This document shows, in pieces, positions 1 to 10,412 of a stretch of DNA of 64,000 nt (the first letter of the stretch is position 1; each line of letters starts with the position of its first letter). The DNA lies in contig JAGHUN010000066.1 in assembly GCA_018064805.1 (NCBI GenBank), positions 1,680 through 65,679 on the forward strand, given 5' to 3'. This stretch comes from Candidatus Colinaster scatohippi (GTDB taxonomy: Bacteria > Bacillota > Clostridia > Lachnospirales > Lachnospiraceae). The translations under genes were made by a program, and so were the position numbers. The notes under the pieces are model-generated. The model searched no databases. It was not told the origin of the DNA and saw nothing but the letters and a program-made list of their open reading frames with translations.

Positions 1-618
<618 letters not shown>

Positions 619-756
619 TCAATTTAAACATAATTATATCATCTTATTTTTCCTTTTTCTATCGGACACACCCTCTATCAATTATTACTATTGTCAGTTT
701 CCTAGCAGCAAATTTGTTAGTATTGCACAAACATCAACATAACGCAATGCTTATAA

Positions 757-786
757 TTGACTATTTTGGTAAATGTAAGATATAAT
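757..786 (+). promoter_or_regulatory. Putative sigma-A promoter of the HD-GYP gene
   Basis: TTGACT (757-762), 18 nt spacer, TATAAT (781-786), 40 nt upstream of the ATG at 827. Confidence 0.55.
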
Positions 787-826
787 ATTTTCTGCGTTTA
801 GAATACATTTTGGGGGTTTTTCATTA

Positions 827-2005
827 ATGAAACGCAAGAAGCATTTGATGTTTATATTCGGATTGCTTTTCATCATTAATCTACTTGGTTATTGTGTTAT
901 TCAATATCAATTAGAAAGAGAAGCATCTATAGAAATTGAACCAAAAAGCCTTACAGAGGTGAACAACGAAGAAGATGTTAATGTCACACTCCTTCGTTCT
1001 AAGGACTGGCCCGAAGGCAAATTCTACCATGGGGTACAATACGATGTAAGCATACTGAATGACAGTAGTCATCAGCTCACTGCATGGGAGATCACAATTC
1101 CGGTGCCGAAAAAAGCAAAGGTTACTGATTCATGGAATATTGTCTACAAGTGTGAGGATGATATATTAACTGCTTCGCCTGTAGATTACAATATGATTGT
1201 TGAGCCACATTCACAGCAGACTTTCGGTTTTATTCTAAAAACAAAAGAAATCGAAGATATTGAATCTCTGCATGCTCACTTTATTCCGATTTATCACAGC
1301 AGTGATTATCCTCTCTTCTGGGCTAACGTTGCTTTTACATGCATCTTATTTATATCTGCAATAATAAGCATTATTGTAGAACTTAGGACTGCTTCCTTAA
1401 GGTCACAGAATCTTATGGATAAGCATATCATTATCCAGACTATGAAGACCTTCTCCAACTTTGTTGATGCCAAGGATCCATATACCCGTGGACACTCAGC
1501 ACGAGTTGCATATTATTCAAGGGAGCTTGCTAAGAAACTACACCTACCGGATCGTGATGTAGAGCTTATCTACTACATTGCATTATTACATGATATTGGA
1601 AAAGTACTTATACCGGATGACATTTTGAATAAGCCCGGAAGGCTAAGCCCTGAAGAACGAGAAATAATAGAAACTCATACAACAAAGGGTGCCGGTATCC
1701 TTAAGGATTTTGATGCTATTTCGGGAATAGCAGATGGAGCCAGATATCACCATGAGCATTACGACGGTTCCGGATATCCGGCAAAGCTTTCAGGTGAGGA
1801 TATACCATTCCTTGCAAGAATCATCTGTGTGGCGGATTCATATGACGCTATGAGCTCTGACCGTTGCTACAGGCCCAGACTTGATAATGATACAATTCTT
1901 GATGAGTTAATGACCAATTCCGGCAAACAGTTTGATCCAGAAATAGTAACTGCTATGCTTGATCTAATTAAAGAGACTAACTTCTTCGAGGTAATAGAAG
2001 AATAA
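827..2005 (+). CDS. Membrane-anchored HD-GYP c-di-GMP phosphodiesterase with an extracytoplasmic CBM2-like domain
   Basis: N-terminal TM helix; CBM2-like segment (W...YDVSILN...WEITI...VTDSWN...YNMIVEP...TFGF); second TM helix; HD-GYP motifs KDPYTRGHS, LLHDIGK, HHEHYDGSGYP, ADSYDAM, GKQFDP. Confidence 0.85.
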   Translation: MKRKKHLMFIFGLLFIINLLGYCVIQYQLEREASIEIEPKSLTEVNNEEDVNVTLLRSKDWPEGKFYHGVQYDVSILNDSSHQLTAWEITIPVPKKAKVTDSWNIVYKCEDDILTASPVDYNMIVEPHSQQTFGFILKTKEIEDIESLHAHFIPIYHSSDYPLFWANVAFTCILFISAIISIIVELRTASLRSQNLMDKHIIIQTMKTFSNFVDAKDPYTRGHSARVAYYSRELAKKLHLPDRDVELIYYIALLHDIGKVLIPDDILNKPGRLSPEEREIIETHTTKGAGILKDFDAISGIADGARYHHEHYDGSGYPAKLSGEDIPFLARIICVADSYDAMSSDRCYRPRLDNDTILDELMTNSGKQFDPEIVTAMLDLIKETNFFEVIEE

Positions 2006-2052
2006 GTAAAAAAGACAGACAGCTTAATTTTAAGCCATCTGTCTTTTTTACT
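2005..2052. terminator. Bidirectional intrinsic terminator
   Basis: Inverted repeat GTAAAAAAGACAGA...TCTGTCTTTTTTAC between convergent genes, with an A-tract and a T-tract. Confidence 0.75.
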
Positions 2053-2109
2053 TAAAACGATGATTTTTACAACAAGAATAATACTTTCAGCCACAAATAA
2101 TTACATATG

Positions 2110-2220
2110 TCATTCAAAGCATATTCCAAATATAAAACCACCTATAATGATTACTATTGTAAGAATTAATATCATCTTCCAGTCTATTACACTGTATTTC
2201 TTTCTGTCATCCTTATTCAT
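2110..2220 (-). CDS. Putative 36-aa single-TM small protein (MNKDDRKKYSVIDWKMILILTIVIIIGGFIFGICFE)
   Basis: GGAGG Shine-Dalgarno just upstream of the ATG at 2220; charged N-terminus then a hydrophobic helix; ends before the terminator. Below the ORF-track length cutoff. Confidence 0.5.
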   Translation of the reverse strand: MNKDDRKKYSVIDWKMILILTIVIIIGGFIFGICFE

Positions 2221-2353
2221 TATCGCCTCCTACCGGATACCACCACATTTACACCAACCGGCACCGACACATTCACCGACACTAACATATCCACCTACAC
2301 TGACATTGGCACCGACATATTTATTATATATTGCTATGATAATAGGTAATACA

Positions 2354-2977
2354 CTATTCTTCTCCATCAGCTGCTGCTTCATCCTGCTTTCTACAGTAAT
2401 CAAGCATATCATCAAGCAGATTATAAACCTCTTCTCTTCCATCCTTTGTCTCTGATGAAAAAGGAATAATCAGTGCATCTCTGCATCCAAGAGTATCACG
2501 GATTAACTTTAATTGCTTCTGAAGCTGGCTTCTCTTAATTTTGTCAGATTTGGTTGCAATAATTATCGGCTCATAACCGTTTTTTACAATCCAATCATAC
2601 ATATCCCGATCATTCTGTCCCGGTGCATGCCTTATATCTATCAGCAAAAAAACTGCAATTAATGCCGGCGATTTTTGAAGATATTTTTCTATCATCTTGC
2701 CCCAGGCCGCTTTGACCTTAACATTTGCATTTGCATAGCCATATCCCGGCAGATCGACAAAATAGATTTCATCATTAATATTATAAAAATTAATTGTCTG
2801 AGTTTTTCCCGGCTGCGAACTCATTCTGGCATACGACTTACGATTCATAAGCGCATTTATTAACGAAGATTTTCCAACATTACTCTTACCGGCAAATGCA
2901 ACCTCCGGATGCTCATTCTCAGGTAGTACACTTGTTACACCACAAACTGTCTCCAGATTAACAGATTTTATTTTCAT
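2354..2977 (-). CDS. engB: Ribosome biogenesis GTPase YihA/YsxC (EngB)
   Basis: GKSNVGKSSLIN, PGKT, DLPGYG and TKSDK motifs; usual position after lon. Confidence 0.95.
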   Translation of the reverse strand: MKIKSVNLETVCGVTSVLPENEHPEVAFAGKSNVGKSSLINALMNRKSYARMSSQPGKTQTINFYNINDEIYFVDLPGYGYANANVKVKAAWGKMIEKYLQKSPALIAVFLLIDIRHAPGQNDRDMYDWIVKNGYEPIIIATKSDKIKRSQLQKQLKLIRDTLGCRDALIIPFSSETKDGREEVYNLLDDMLDYCRKQDEAAADGEE

Positions 2978-3106
2978 ACTTATACCTCATATCGCGTATT
3001 ATTAAATCACGATATAATCTACTATTCTAAAAAACAACTATCAGTCATCGCATACCCTATTAGCTTATAACTGCCCTGAAAAGCTATACAAAAGCCTCAG
3101 TAATAA

Positions 3107-5416
3107 CTATGCAAAAGCCTCAGTAACAACCTCTTCCATTCTCTCCACATATACAATCTGCATATTGCCAATAATTTCGTCAGATAGTTCAAGTATGTCC
3201 TTCTCATTCTCTTTAGGAACAATAACCTTCTTAATTCCGGCAATATTAGCTGCAAGAAGCTTTTCCTTAAGTCCTCCTATAGGAAGCACCTTACCGCGCA
3301 AAGTAACCTCTCCAGTCATTGCAACAGCAGCTCTAATCTTCTTCTCTGTCACCGCAGATAATATAGCTGTAGCCATAGTAATTCCGGCGCTCGGACCATC
3401 CTTGGGCACTGCACCCTCCGGAATATGAACATGAATATCATTATTTGCATAGAAGTCATCTGCAATGCCATACCGACTACTTACCGACCTGACATAACTA
3501 AGTGCAATACCGGCAGATTCCTTCATAACATCACCCATCTGCCCGGTAAGTCTGAGTTCTCCCTTGCCGGGCATCAGATTAACCTCTATTTCCAACGTAT
3601 CTCCGCCCACCGCGGTCCAGGCAAGTCCTCTAACAATCCCCACATCGTCCTTCTTGGCTATCTTATCATCTAAATACTTTCTTTTTCCAAGATAATCTGC
3701 AAGATTAGCGGATTTAACTGTAATTTTTTCTTTTAAATCGCCCGAAGTGATTTCCAGTGCACACTTTCTACATACCTGACCTATTTTTCTTTCCAGATCT
3801 CTGACGCCTGCCTCACGTGTATAATAACGTATGATATCTTTTATTGCAGCATCTGAAATTGTAAGCATCTTACGATTCATACCATTAGCGTCATATTGCT
3901 TTTTGATCAAATGACGCTTCGCAATATGAAACTTTTCATTTGCCGTATATCCCGATACATCTATTACTTCCATACGATCTAAAAGCGGTCGCGGAATTTT
4001 ACTTACATCATTGGCTGTTGCAATGAACAATACATTGGACAAATCTAACGGAAGTTCAATATAATGGTCTCTAAACTGTTTATTTTGGTCCGGATCAAGA
4101 ACTTCAAGCAGGGCTGAGAAACAGTCCCCCTTATAATCATTGCTAACCTTGTCTATCTCATCCAATAGCATCAATGGGTTCGACGTTTTTGCATTTTTAA
4201 GTCCACCGGCAATACGTCCGGGAAGCGCACCAACATATGTACGTCTATGGCCTCGTATCTCTGCTTCATCACGAACACCACCAAGGCATATGCGAACATA
4301 TTTCTTATCAAGTGCCCTTGCAACACTCCTGGCAATAGAAGTTTTACCTGTTCCCGGTGGTCCAACAAGACAAATAATCGGACTCTGTCCCTTACTGGTC
4401 AGATTCCTGACAGCCAGGAATTCCAGAATTCGCTCTTTAACCTTATCCATTCCGTAATGGTCTTCATCCAAGATATTCTCGGCATTTGATATATCTATAT
4501 TATCCTGAGTACAATTATTCCACGGCATCTCAAGCAGAGTTTCAATATATGTCCTCTCAACCGCACTTTCTGTGCTTGATTCCGACATATTCTCAAAACG
4601 CTTTATTTCTTTATGTATTTTTTCTTTTACTTCTTCTGATGCATTAAGCTCATCAGCTTTTTTAGCGAACAATTCCGCATCGGTCAACTCCCCTGATTCT
4701 GAAAGAGCGCCGCGAATATAGGCCATCTGCTCACGAAGAATATACTCTCTCTGATTCTTCTCAATCTTTTGCCTTATTTCCTTGCTGAGTTCAGCATGAA
4801 TACCGGCCACCTGCGCTTCTTCATATAGAATTTTAGCTAAAGCACTATATCTGTCTGTGGTACTAATTATTTCAAGTATCTGCTGCTTTTTCTCAAAAGC
4901 TATGGGAATATTCATGGCTATTCTGCTAACAATATCACCCATAGCCATCTTATCATTAACCTGGGTTTTGAGACTCTGATTAACCTTGGGGTGAAAACCT
5001 GTATATTCATTAAGCATCTCAAAAAGAGCGCGCTTGGCTCCTTCCTCATAGATTCTGTCTTCACTAATATGACCATCGTCCTCAATAACAGAATGGATCT
5101 CTGCCAATATATATGCTTTTTCACTTTCATCTATCGCATCAATAATTGCTCTGTATTTTCCCTCAGCCATCACACGCATGGCGCCGTCCGGGAGCTTTGT
5201 AATCTGTCTAATACTGATTACAGTACCAACCTTATACAAATCATCAAATTCCGGATTATCAACCGATGTCTCCCTCTGGGCTATCGCAAATATAAGTGCG
5301 TCACTCTTCATTGCACTTCTAACAGCATTAACCGATCTGCTTCTCTTAAGATCAAAGTTAATTACCATTCCCGGAAAAATATTCAATCCTCTTAATGCTA
5401 CTGCCGGAATACTCAT
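3107..5416 (-). CDS. lon: ATP-dependent Lon protease
   Basis: Walker A GPPGTGKT, GGVRDEAEIRGHRRTYVGA, catalytic PKDGPSAG and PIGGLKEK. Confidence 0.97.
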   Translation of the reverse strand: MSIPAVALRGLNIFPGMVINFDLKRSRSVNAVRSAMKSDALIFAIAQRETSVDNPEFDDLYKVGTVISIRQITKLPDGAMRVMAEGKYRAIIDAIDESEKAYILAEIHSVIEDDGHISEDRIYEEGAKRALFEMLNEYTGFHPKVNQSLKTQVNDKMAMGDIVSRIAMNIPIAFEKKQQILEIISTTDRYSALAKILYEEAQVAGIHAELSKEIRQKIEKNQREYILREQMAYIRGALSESGELTDAELFAKKADELNASEEVKEKIHKEIKRFENMSESSTESAVERTYIETLLEMPWNNCTQDNIDISNAENILDEDHYGMDKVKERILEFLAVRNLTSKGQSPIICLVGPPGTGKTSIARSVARALDKKYVRICLGGVRDEAEIRGHRRTYVGALPGRIAGGLKNAKTSNPLMLLDEIDKVSNDYKGDCFSALLEVLDPDQNKQFRDHYIELPLDLSNVLFIATANDVSKIPRPLLDRMEVIDVSGYTANEKFHIAKRHLIKKQYDANGMNRKMLTISDAAIKDIIRYYTREAGVRDLERKIGQVCRKCALEITSGDLKEKITVKSANLADYLGKRKYLDDKIAKKDDVGIVRGLAWTAVGGDTLEIEVNLMPGKGELRLTGQMGDVMKESAGIALSYVRSVSSRYGIADDFYANNDIHVHIPEGAVPKDGPSAGITMATAILSAVTEKKIRAAVAMTGEVTLRGKVLPIGGLKEKLLAANIAGIKKVIVPKENEKDILELSDEIIGNMQIVYVERMEEVVTEAFA

Positions 5417-5478
5417 AAATTCTCCAAAACAAACAACTAACTAATTTTTCGCTTAAATGCGATACAGTCAAATAATAG

Positions 5479-5505
5479 ATATGCGCTGCCAGTAGCAGCG
5501 CATAT
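5479..5505. terminator. Stem-loop between clpX and lon (terminator or stability element)
   Basis: ATATGCGCTGC-cagta-GCAGCGCATAT, a perfect 11-bp stem. Confidence 0.55.
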
Positions 5506-5510
5506 AATGA

Positions 5511-6761
5511 TTAATCTCTATAAACCTTAGGGTCTTCTTCACCATTTACCGATGCCTTTGTAATAACGCAACGAGTAATGGTTTCATCTGATGGAATCTC
5601 ATACATAACATCCATCATAAGCTTCTCCATAATAGTACGAAGTCCTCTTGCACCGGTCTTCTGCTCAAAAGCCTGATCCGCAATTGCCTCAATAGCATCG
5701 GCTTCAAATGAAAGTTCAACATCATCAAAGCCAAAAAGCTTCTTATACTGCTTAATCAAGGCATTCTTTGGTTCAGCTAGAATCTTAACAAGTGCATCTC
5801 TGTCAAGTCCCTCAAGAGCAACATGAATAGGTACACGACCAATAAATTCCGGAATAAGTCCAAACTTAATCAAATCCTGTGTTACGACCTGTTCAAGTAT
5901 TTCGCCCATCTCTTTTCCCGACTTCTCGTTAATTGTTGCATTAAAGCCAATTGCTTTACGATTAAGACGATCCTCAATCATTTTCTCAAGGCCATCAAAT
6001 GCACCACCACAAATAAACAGAATATTTGATGTATCAATCTGTATAAGCTCCTGATGTGGATGCTTACGTCCACCCTGAGGCGGAACACTTGCAACAGTTC
6101 CCTCAATAATCTTTAAGAGTGCCTGCTGTACGCCTTCACCTGATACATCTCTGGTAATTGATACATTTTCACTTTTCTTAGTTATCTTATCAATCTCATC
6201 GATATAGATAATTCCGTATTGAGCACGCTCAACATCATTATCAGCAGCCTGAATAAGCTTAAGAAGAATATTCTCAACATCTTCACCTACATAGCCTGCT
6301 TCAGTAAGTGTTGTAGCATCTGTGATAGCAAATGGAACATTAATAATTTTGGCAAGTGTCTGAGCAAGATATGTCTTACCACTACCTGTCGGACCAAGCA
6401 TCAGAATATTACTCTTCTGCAGTTCTATGCCATCATCATCATTGTCGCACATTACTCTTTTGTAATGATTATATACTGCAACCGAGAGAACCTTTTTAGC
6501 ACTCTCCTGTCCTACAACATAATCGTCCAGGAACTTCTTAATCTCAACAGGCTTAAGAAGATTAATGTCCTTGCTTCCGCTTGTTTGCACATCATCAAGG
6601 TCTCCAAATTCATCCTCTAATATCTCGCTGCAGATTCCTATACACTCATCACAAATGTACACACCATTGGGTCCGGCAATAATCTTCATCACTTCATTCT
6701 GTGACTTTCCACAGAAAGAACAACAGATCTTGCCGTTACCGGTATTATTACTTTTTGCCAT
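5511..6761 (-). CDS. clpX: Clp protease ATP-binding subunit ClpX
   Basis: C4 zinc finger CSFC...[34 protein letters not shown] loop. Confidence 0.97.
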   Translation of the reverse strand: MAKSNNTGNGKICCSFCGKSQNEVMKIIAGPNGVYICDECIGICSEILEDEFGDLDDVQTSGSKDINLLKPVEIKKFLDDYVVGQESAKKVLSVAVYNHYKRVMCDNDDDGIELQKSNILMLGPTGSGKTYLAQTLAKIINVPFAITDATTLTEAGYVGEDVENILLKLIQAADNDVERAQYGIIYIDEIDKITKKSENVSITRDVSGEGVQQALLKIIEGTVASVPPQGGRKHPHQELIQIDTSNILFICGGAFDGLEKMIEDRLNRKAIGFNATINEKSGKEMGEILEQVVTQDLIKFGLIPEFIGRVPIHVALEGLDRDALVKILAEPKNALIKQYKKLFGFDDVELSFEADAIEAIADQAFEQKTGARGLRTIMEKLMMDVMYEIPSDETITRCVITKASVNGEEDPKVYRD

Positions 6762-6763
6762 TT

Positions 6764-7357
6764 TTATTTAACCTCGGCTCTGCTAGCAATTACAGAATCA
6801 ATAAGTCCGTACTCAAGAGCTTCTTCAGCGCTCTTCCAGTTATCACGCTCTGTATCTGCTGCCACCTTCTCATAATCCTGTCCTGTATTGGCTGCAAGAA
6901 TTCTGTTAAGCTTTTCCTTAGTCTTCAGAATATGCTCAGCAGTAATCTGAATCTCCGTTGCCTGTCCCTGCGCACCGCCACTTGGCTGGTGAATCATAAT
7001 CTCAGCATTAGGAAGTGCGTATCTTTTTCCCTTTGCACCACCTGATAAAAGGAATGCACCCATTGAAGCTGCCATTCCTATACAGATAGTAGAAACATCA
7101 CACTTGATATACTGCATAGTATCATAAATAGCCATACCTGCAGTTACTGAACCACCCGGGCTGTTAATATACAAACAGATATCCTTCTCTGGATCCTCTG
7201 CTTCAAGAAAAAGAAGCTGTGCTACGATTGTAGCTGCATTATCTTCCCTAACATCCTCACCTAAAAAGATGATACGATCTTTTAATAATCTTGAATAAAT
7301 ATCATATGAGCGTTCGCCATGGCTTGTCTGCTCAATGACATAAGGTATAAGTGCCAT
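6764..7357 (-). CDS. clpP: Clp protease proteolytic subunit
   Basis: [34 protein letters not shown]. Confidence 0.97.
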   Translation of the reverse strand: MALIPYVIEQTSHGERSYDIYSRLLKDRIIFLGEDVREDNAATIVAQLLFLEAEDPEKDICLYINSPGGSVTAGMAIYDTMQYIKCDVSTICIGMAASMGAFLLSGGAKGKRYALPNAEIMIHQPSGGAQGQATEIQITAEHILKTKEKLNRILAANTGQDYEKVAADTERDNWKSAEEALEYGLIDSVIASRAEVK

Positions 7358-7383
7358 ACTTAACTCCCTCTTTATTTGCCTAA

Positions 7384-8670
7384 TTATTTCTCTTTGGCAT
7401 TCTCTACTACAAACTCAACTGCCTTATTTACAGCAAGGTCTTCAGCCATCTGCTTCTTACCTGCATCACCAAGAAGTTCATTAACCTTCTCAACATCCAT
7501 CTTGTACTCTTCAGCCATCTTAGCAATCTCTGCCTCAATATCAGCATCTGTTGCCTCAAGCTTCTCAGCTGCTGCTACAGCCTCAAGAACAAGTCTTGAC
7601 TTAATTCTTGACTCTGCCTGTGGTGCAACCTGAGCAAGTAAGCTGTCAGGTGTCATACCTGTAAACTGCATATACTGATCAAAAGAAAGACCCTGAGACT
7701 GAATTCTCTGAGCAAATTCTTCAATCATCTGTCTCTTCTGTGTCTCAATCATTGCCTCAGGAATATCCATCTTAGCATCAGCAATAATAGCCTCGATAAC
7801 TGCATCTTCCTTAGCATTCTTTGCATCAGCTACCTTTTTCTCCTCAAGCTTCTTCTTTACATCAGCCTTATACTCGTCAAGAGTATCAAACTCTGAAACC
7901 TCAGCTGCAAACTCATCATCTATTTCAGGAAGCTGCTTTTCCTTAATCTCAAGAACTGTACACTTAAATACTGCTGCCTTACCTGCAAGCTCAGCTGCCT
8001 GATAATCTTCCGGGAAGGTAACATTAACATCGCAAGCCTCATCAATATTCTTACCAACTAACTGCTCTTCAAATCCAGGAATAAACTGACCCGAACCAAT
8101 TGTAAGAGGATAATTCTCGCCCTTACCGCCCTGGAATGCAACACCATCAACGAATCCCTCGAAGTTAAGGATAATCTCATCTCCGTCCTTAACTGCTCTG
8201 TCTGTTACACTGATGCTTCTTGCATTACGTTCAGCCTCATCTGCAACTGCCTTATCAACTTCTTCATCAGTTACAGCTACATCAATCTTATCCACTGTAA
8301 CACCCTTATACTTGCCAAGTGTTACTTCCGGCTTAAGAGCAACCTCTGCTGTAAAAATGAAAGGCTTTCCGGCTTCAATCTGAACAACCTCTACCTTTGG
8401 TGTAGATACGATGTTCTCTTCACACTCATCATATGCCTTCTCATATGCGTCAGGAATAATCTCGTTAGCTGCATCCTCATAGAATACTTCCTTACCATAC
8501 ATTTTCTCTACCATCTGACGAGGTACCTTACCCTTACGGAAACCAGGAATGCTTATCTGGCTCTTCTGCTTCTGATATGCCTTCTCTATAGCCTTATCGA
8601 GTTCCTCTGCAGGTACTTCGATTGTAAGCTTAGCCATATTGTTTTCTAACTTTTCTACCTTAACGCTCAT
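7384..8670 (-). CDS. tig: Trigger factor
   Basis: [10 protein letters not shown] ribosome-binding signature and FKBP-like domain ([13 protein letters not shown]). Start set at MSVKVEK behind AAGGAG. Confidence 0.96.
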   Translation of the reverse strand: MSVKVEKLENNMAKLTIEVPAEELDKAIEKAYQKQKSQISIPGFRKGKVPRQMVEKMYGKEVFYEDAANEIIPDAYEKAYDECEENIVSTPKVEVVQIEAGKPFIFTAEVALKPEVTLGKYKGVTVDKIDVAVTDEEVDKAVADEAERNARSISVTDRAVKDGDEIILNFEGFVDGVAFQGGKGENYPLTIGSGQFIPGFEEQLVGKNIDEACDVNVTFPEDYQAAELAGKAAVFKCTVLEIKEKQLPEIDDEFAAEVSEFDTLDEYKADVKKKLEEKKVADAKNAKEDAVIEAIIADAKMDIPEAMIETQKRQMIEEFAQRIQSQGLSFDQYMQFTGMTPDSLLAQVAPQAESRIKSRLVLEAVAAAEKLEATDADIEAEIAKMAEEYKMDVEKVNELLGDAGKKQMAEDLAVNKAVEFVVENAKEK

Positions 8671-8829
8671 TGTTTTAACTCCTTTTCTATTATCTCTGTG
8701 CCTCTTTCCAGACACAGTCACAGTCATTTTGCAATTATAGCATAAAAAAGGGCAAAATGCTAGAAGTTTATGGAAATTTCATAGCTTTTGCCCTACTGCA
8801 CATCTTTAATTACAAAGTCTTATACAGAC

Positions 8830-9081
8830 TTATCTTACTCTGTCATAGATTACCTTGCTGTTAATTCCGTCAAGCATTCCTATTTTGCCCGACAGGGAGC
8901 TTATAACATTCTGTGGTGCATCCATAACCACGCTTATAACATTGATTCCTTTTTCCTTAAGGGGCAATCCCATCCTGCCCACAATATATTCAGCATTGTC
9001 ATGAAGAATGGCATTCAGCCGTTCCACGGAATCTTTATTTTCAACAATTATCCCAATAAGTGCTATTCTTGTCTCTTCCAT
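8830..9081 (-). CDS. TM1266-family (putative iron-only hydrogenase system regulator) ACT-like protein
   Basis: 83 aa with the pattern RIALIGIIVE...LNAILH...IVGRMGLP...ISSLSGKIG characteristic of this family. Confidence 0.8.
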   Translation of the reverse strand: MEETRIALIGIIVENKDSVERLNAILHDNAEYIVGRMGLPLKEKGINVISVVMDAPQNVISSLSGKIGMLDGINSKVIYDRVR

Positions 9082-9089
9082 AAATCCCC

Positions 9090-10412
9090 CTATGCATCTA
9101 TATGAGACGCAATAATTACAATTCTTCCGTTTCCATATTCCGCAATCATTTCCTTAACCTTCTCACGGTTAGCCTCATCAAGTCCATTATATGGCTCATC
9201 CAAAAGCAGAATATCCGACTCTATACTAAGTGCTCTTGCGATTGCTACTCTCCGTCTTTCTCCACCGCTTAATTCCTTTACCGGTTTATTAATTAGCTCT
9301 TCAGAAAGCATTTCAGTCAGTATTCTTTCGGCCTTGTTTTCATCTGATCCGGTAATACTGACATTCGTAATGGCATCCATATGTTCAATCAGTCTGTCTT
9401 CCTGAAATACATATGATATTCTATAATTTTCCGGGGTGATTGTGCCATTATCAGCTGTTTCCAGTCCGGCAATAATTCTGAGTAATGTTGTCTTGCCACC
9501 GCCTGATGGCCAGTCGAGAATATATTCTTTACCTTTTTCATATACTGAAGAAAAAGAATCCAGCACCTTTTTCCCATCAAAGAATTTAGAGATTCCTTTA
9601 ATTTCTATCAAAGCCACACCATCCGGAAAAGTCTGCCTCTTTTTGAAAAAAGTCTCTTTCTTTGAAAGCATTCTGCCCAGGAGTCCGCAGTCACATAACC
9701 ATACGATTCCTTTTTCACACATAATGCTAATGACAATAATTACCAGTGTCCAGGCCAGCACAGCTGCTGTATCCAGATATATCTTAGCCATATACAGGCT
9801 GCCACCTATCGAATAGTCAGGCGTCCCAATAACCTCAGCGGCAACCCCGGACTTCCATGCCAGTCCTGCTGCCACTTTCACTGCCCCTTCAAAGAATGGA
9901 CGAATTGAAGGAAGATATACATATGCCGCAACATTTCTTTTACTGACAGAGAATACTGAAGTCATCTCAAGCAGCCTGCTATCAACATTAGTAAGCCCCT
10001 GCAATACACCTGTATATATCTGGGGCATGACCACACAGAAGCTTACAGCAACAGCAAGCACATTACTATGCCACCATATAAGAAAAAGTACCACAAAAGC
10101 CGCAACAGGAGCCGCTTTAATAAAAGCCATAGGTGGCCCGATTAATCTCTCAATTAAAATAAAACAATGTGACAATACTGCCAGTATTCCCCCGACAAGT
10201 ACACCTGCCAAAAATCCCACTGCAATTCTAACAAAGCTCCCTGCTATACTCTGCCAGAAATCAGCCCTCCTGCATAAATCAGCTAATCTCACTGCAACAT
10301 CCAACGGCCCTGCAATAAGAATATTATTACCTACCAGCCTGCATACAATCTCCCACAGTGCAAGCCATATTACTATCGAAATAACCGTGTATATTTTTTT
10401 TCTATCTGACAT
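9090..10412 (-). CDS. NitT/TauT-type ABC transporter, fused permease and ATP-binding domain
   Basis: N-terminal SsuC-like TM domain (WKSGVAAEVIG); C-terminal NBD with PSGGGKTT, FQEDRL, LSGGERRR, LLLDEP. Start uncertain (10412 or 10427). Confidence 0.85.
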   Translation of the reverse strand: MSDRKKIYTVISIVIWLALWEIVCRLVGNNILIAGPLDVAVRLADLCRRADFWQSIAGSFVRIAVGFLAGVLVGGILAVLSHCFILIERLIGPPMAFIKAAPVAAFVVLFLIWWHSNVLAVAVSFCVVMPQIYTGVLQGLTNVDSRLLEMTSVFSVSKRNVAAYVYLPSIRPFFEGAVKVAAGLAWKSGVAAEVIGTPDYSIGGSLYMAKIYLDTAAVLAWTLVIIVISIMCEKGIVWLCDCGLLGRMLSKKETFFKKRQTFPDGVALIEIKGISKFFDGKKVLDSFSSVYEKGKEYILDWPSGGGKTTLLRIIAGLETADNGTITPENYRISYVFQEDRLIEHMDAITNVSITGSDENKAERILTEMLSEELINKPVKELSGGERRRVAIARALSIESDILLLDEPYNGLDEANREKVKEMIAEYGNGRIVIIASHIDA

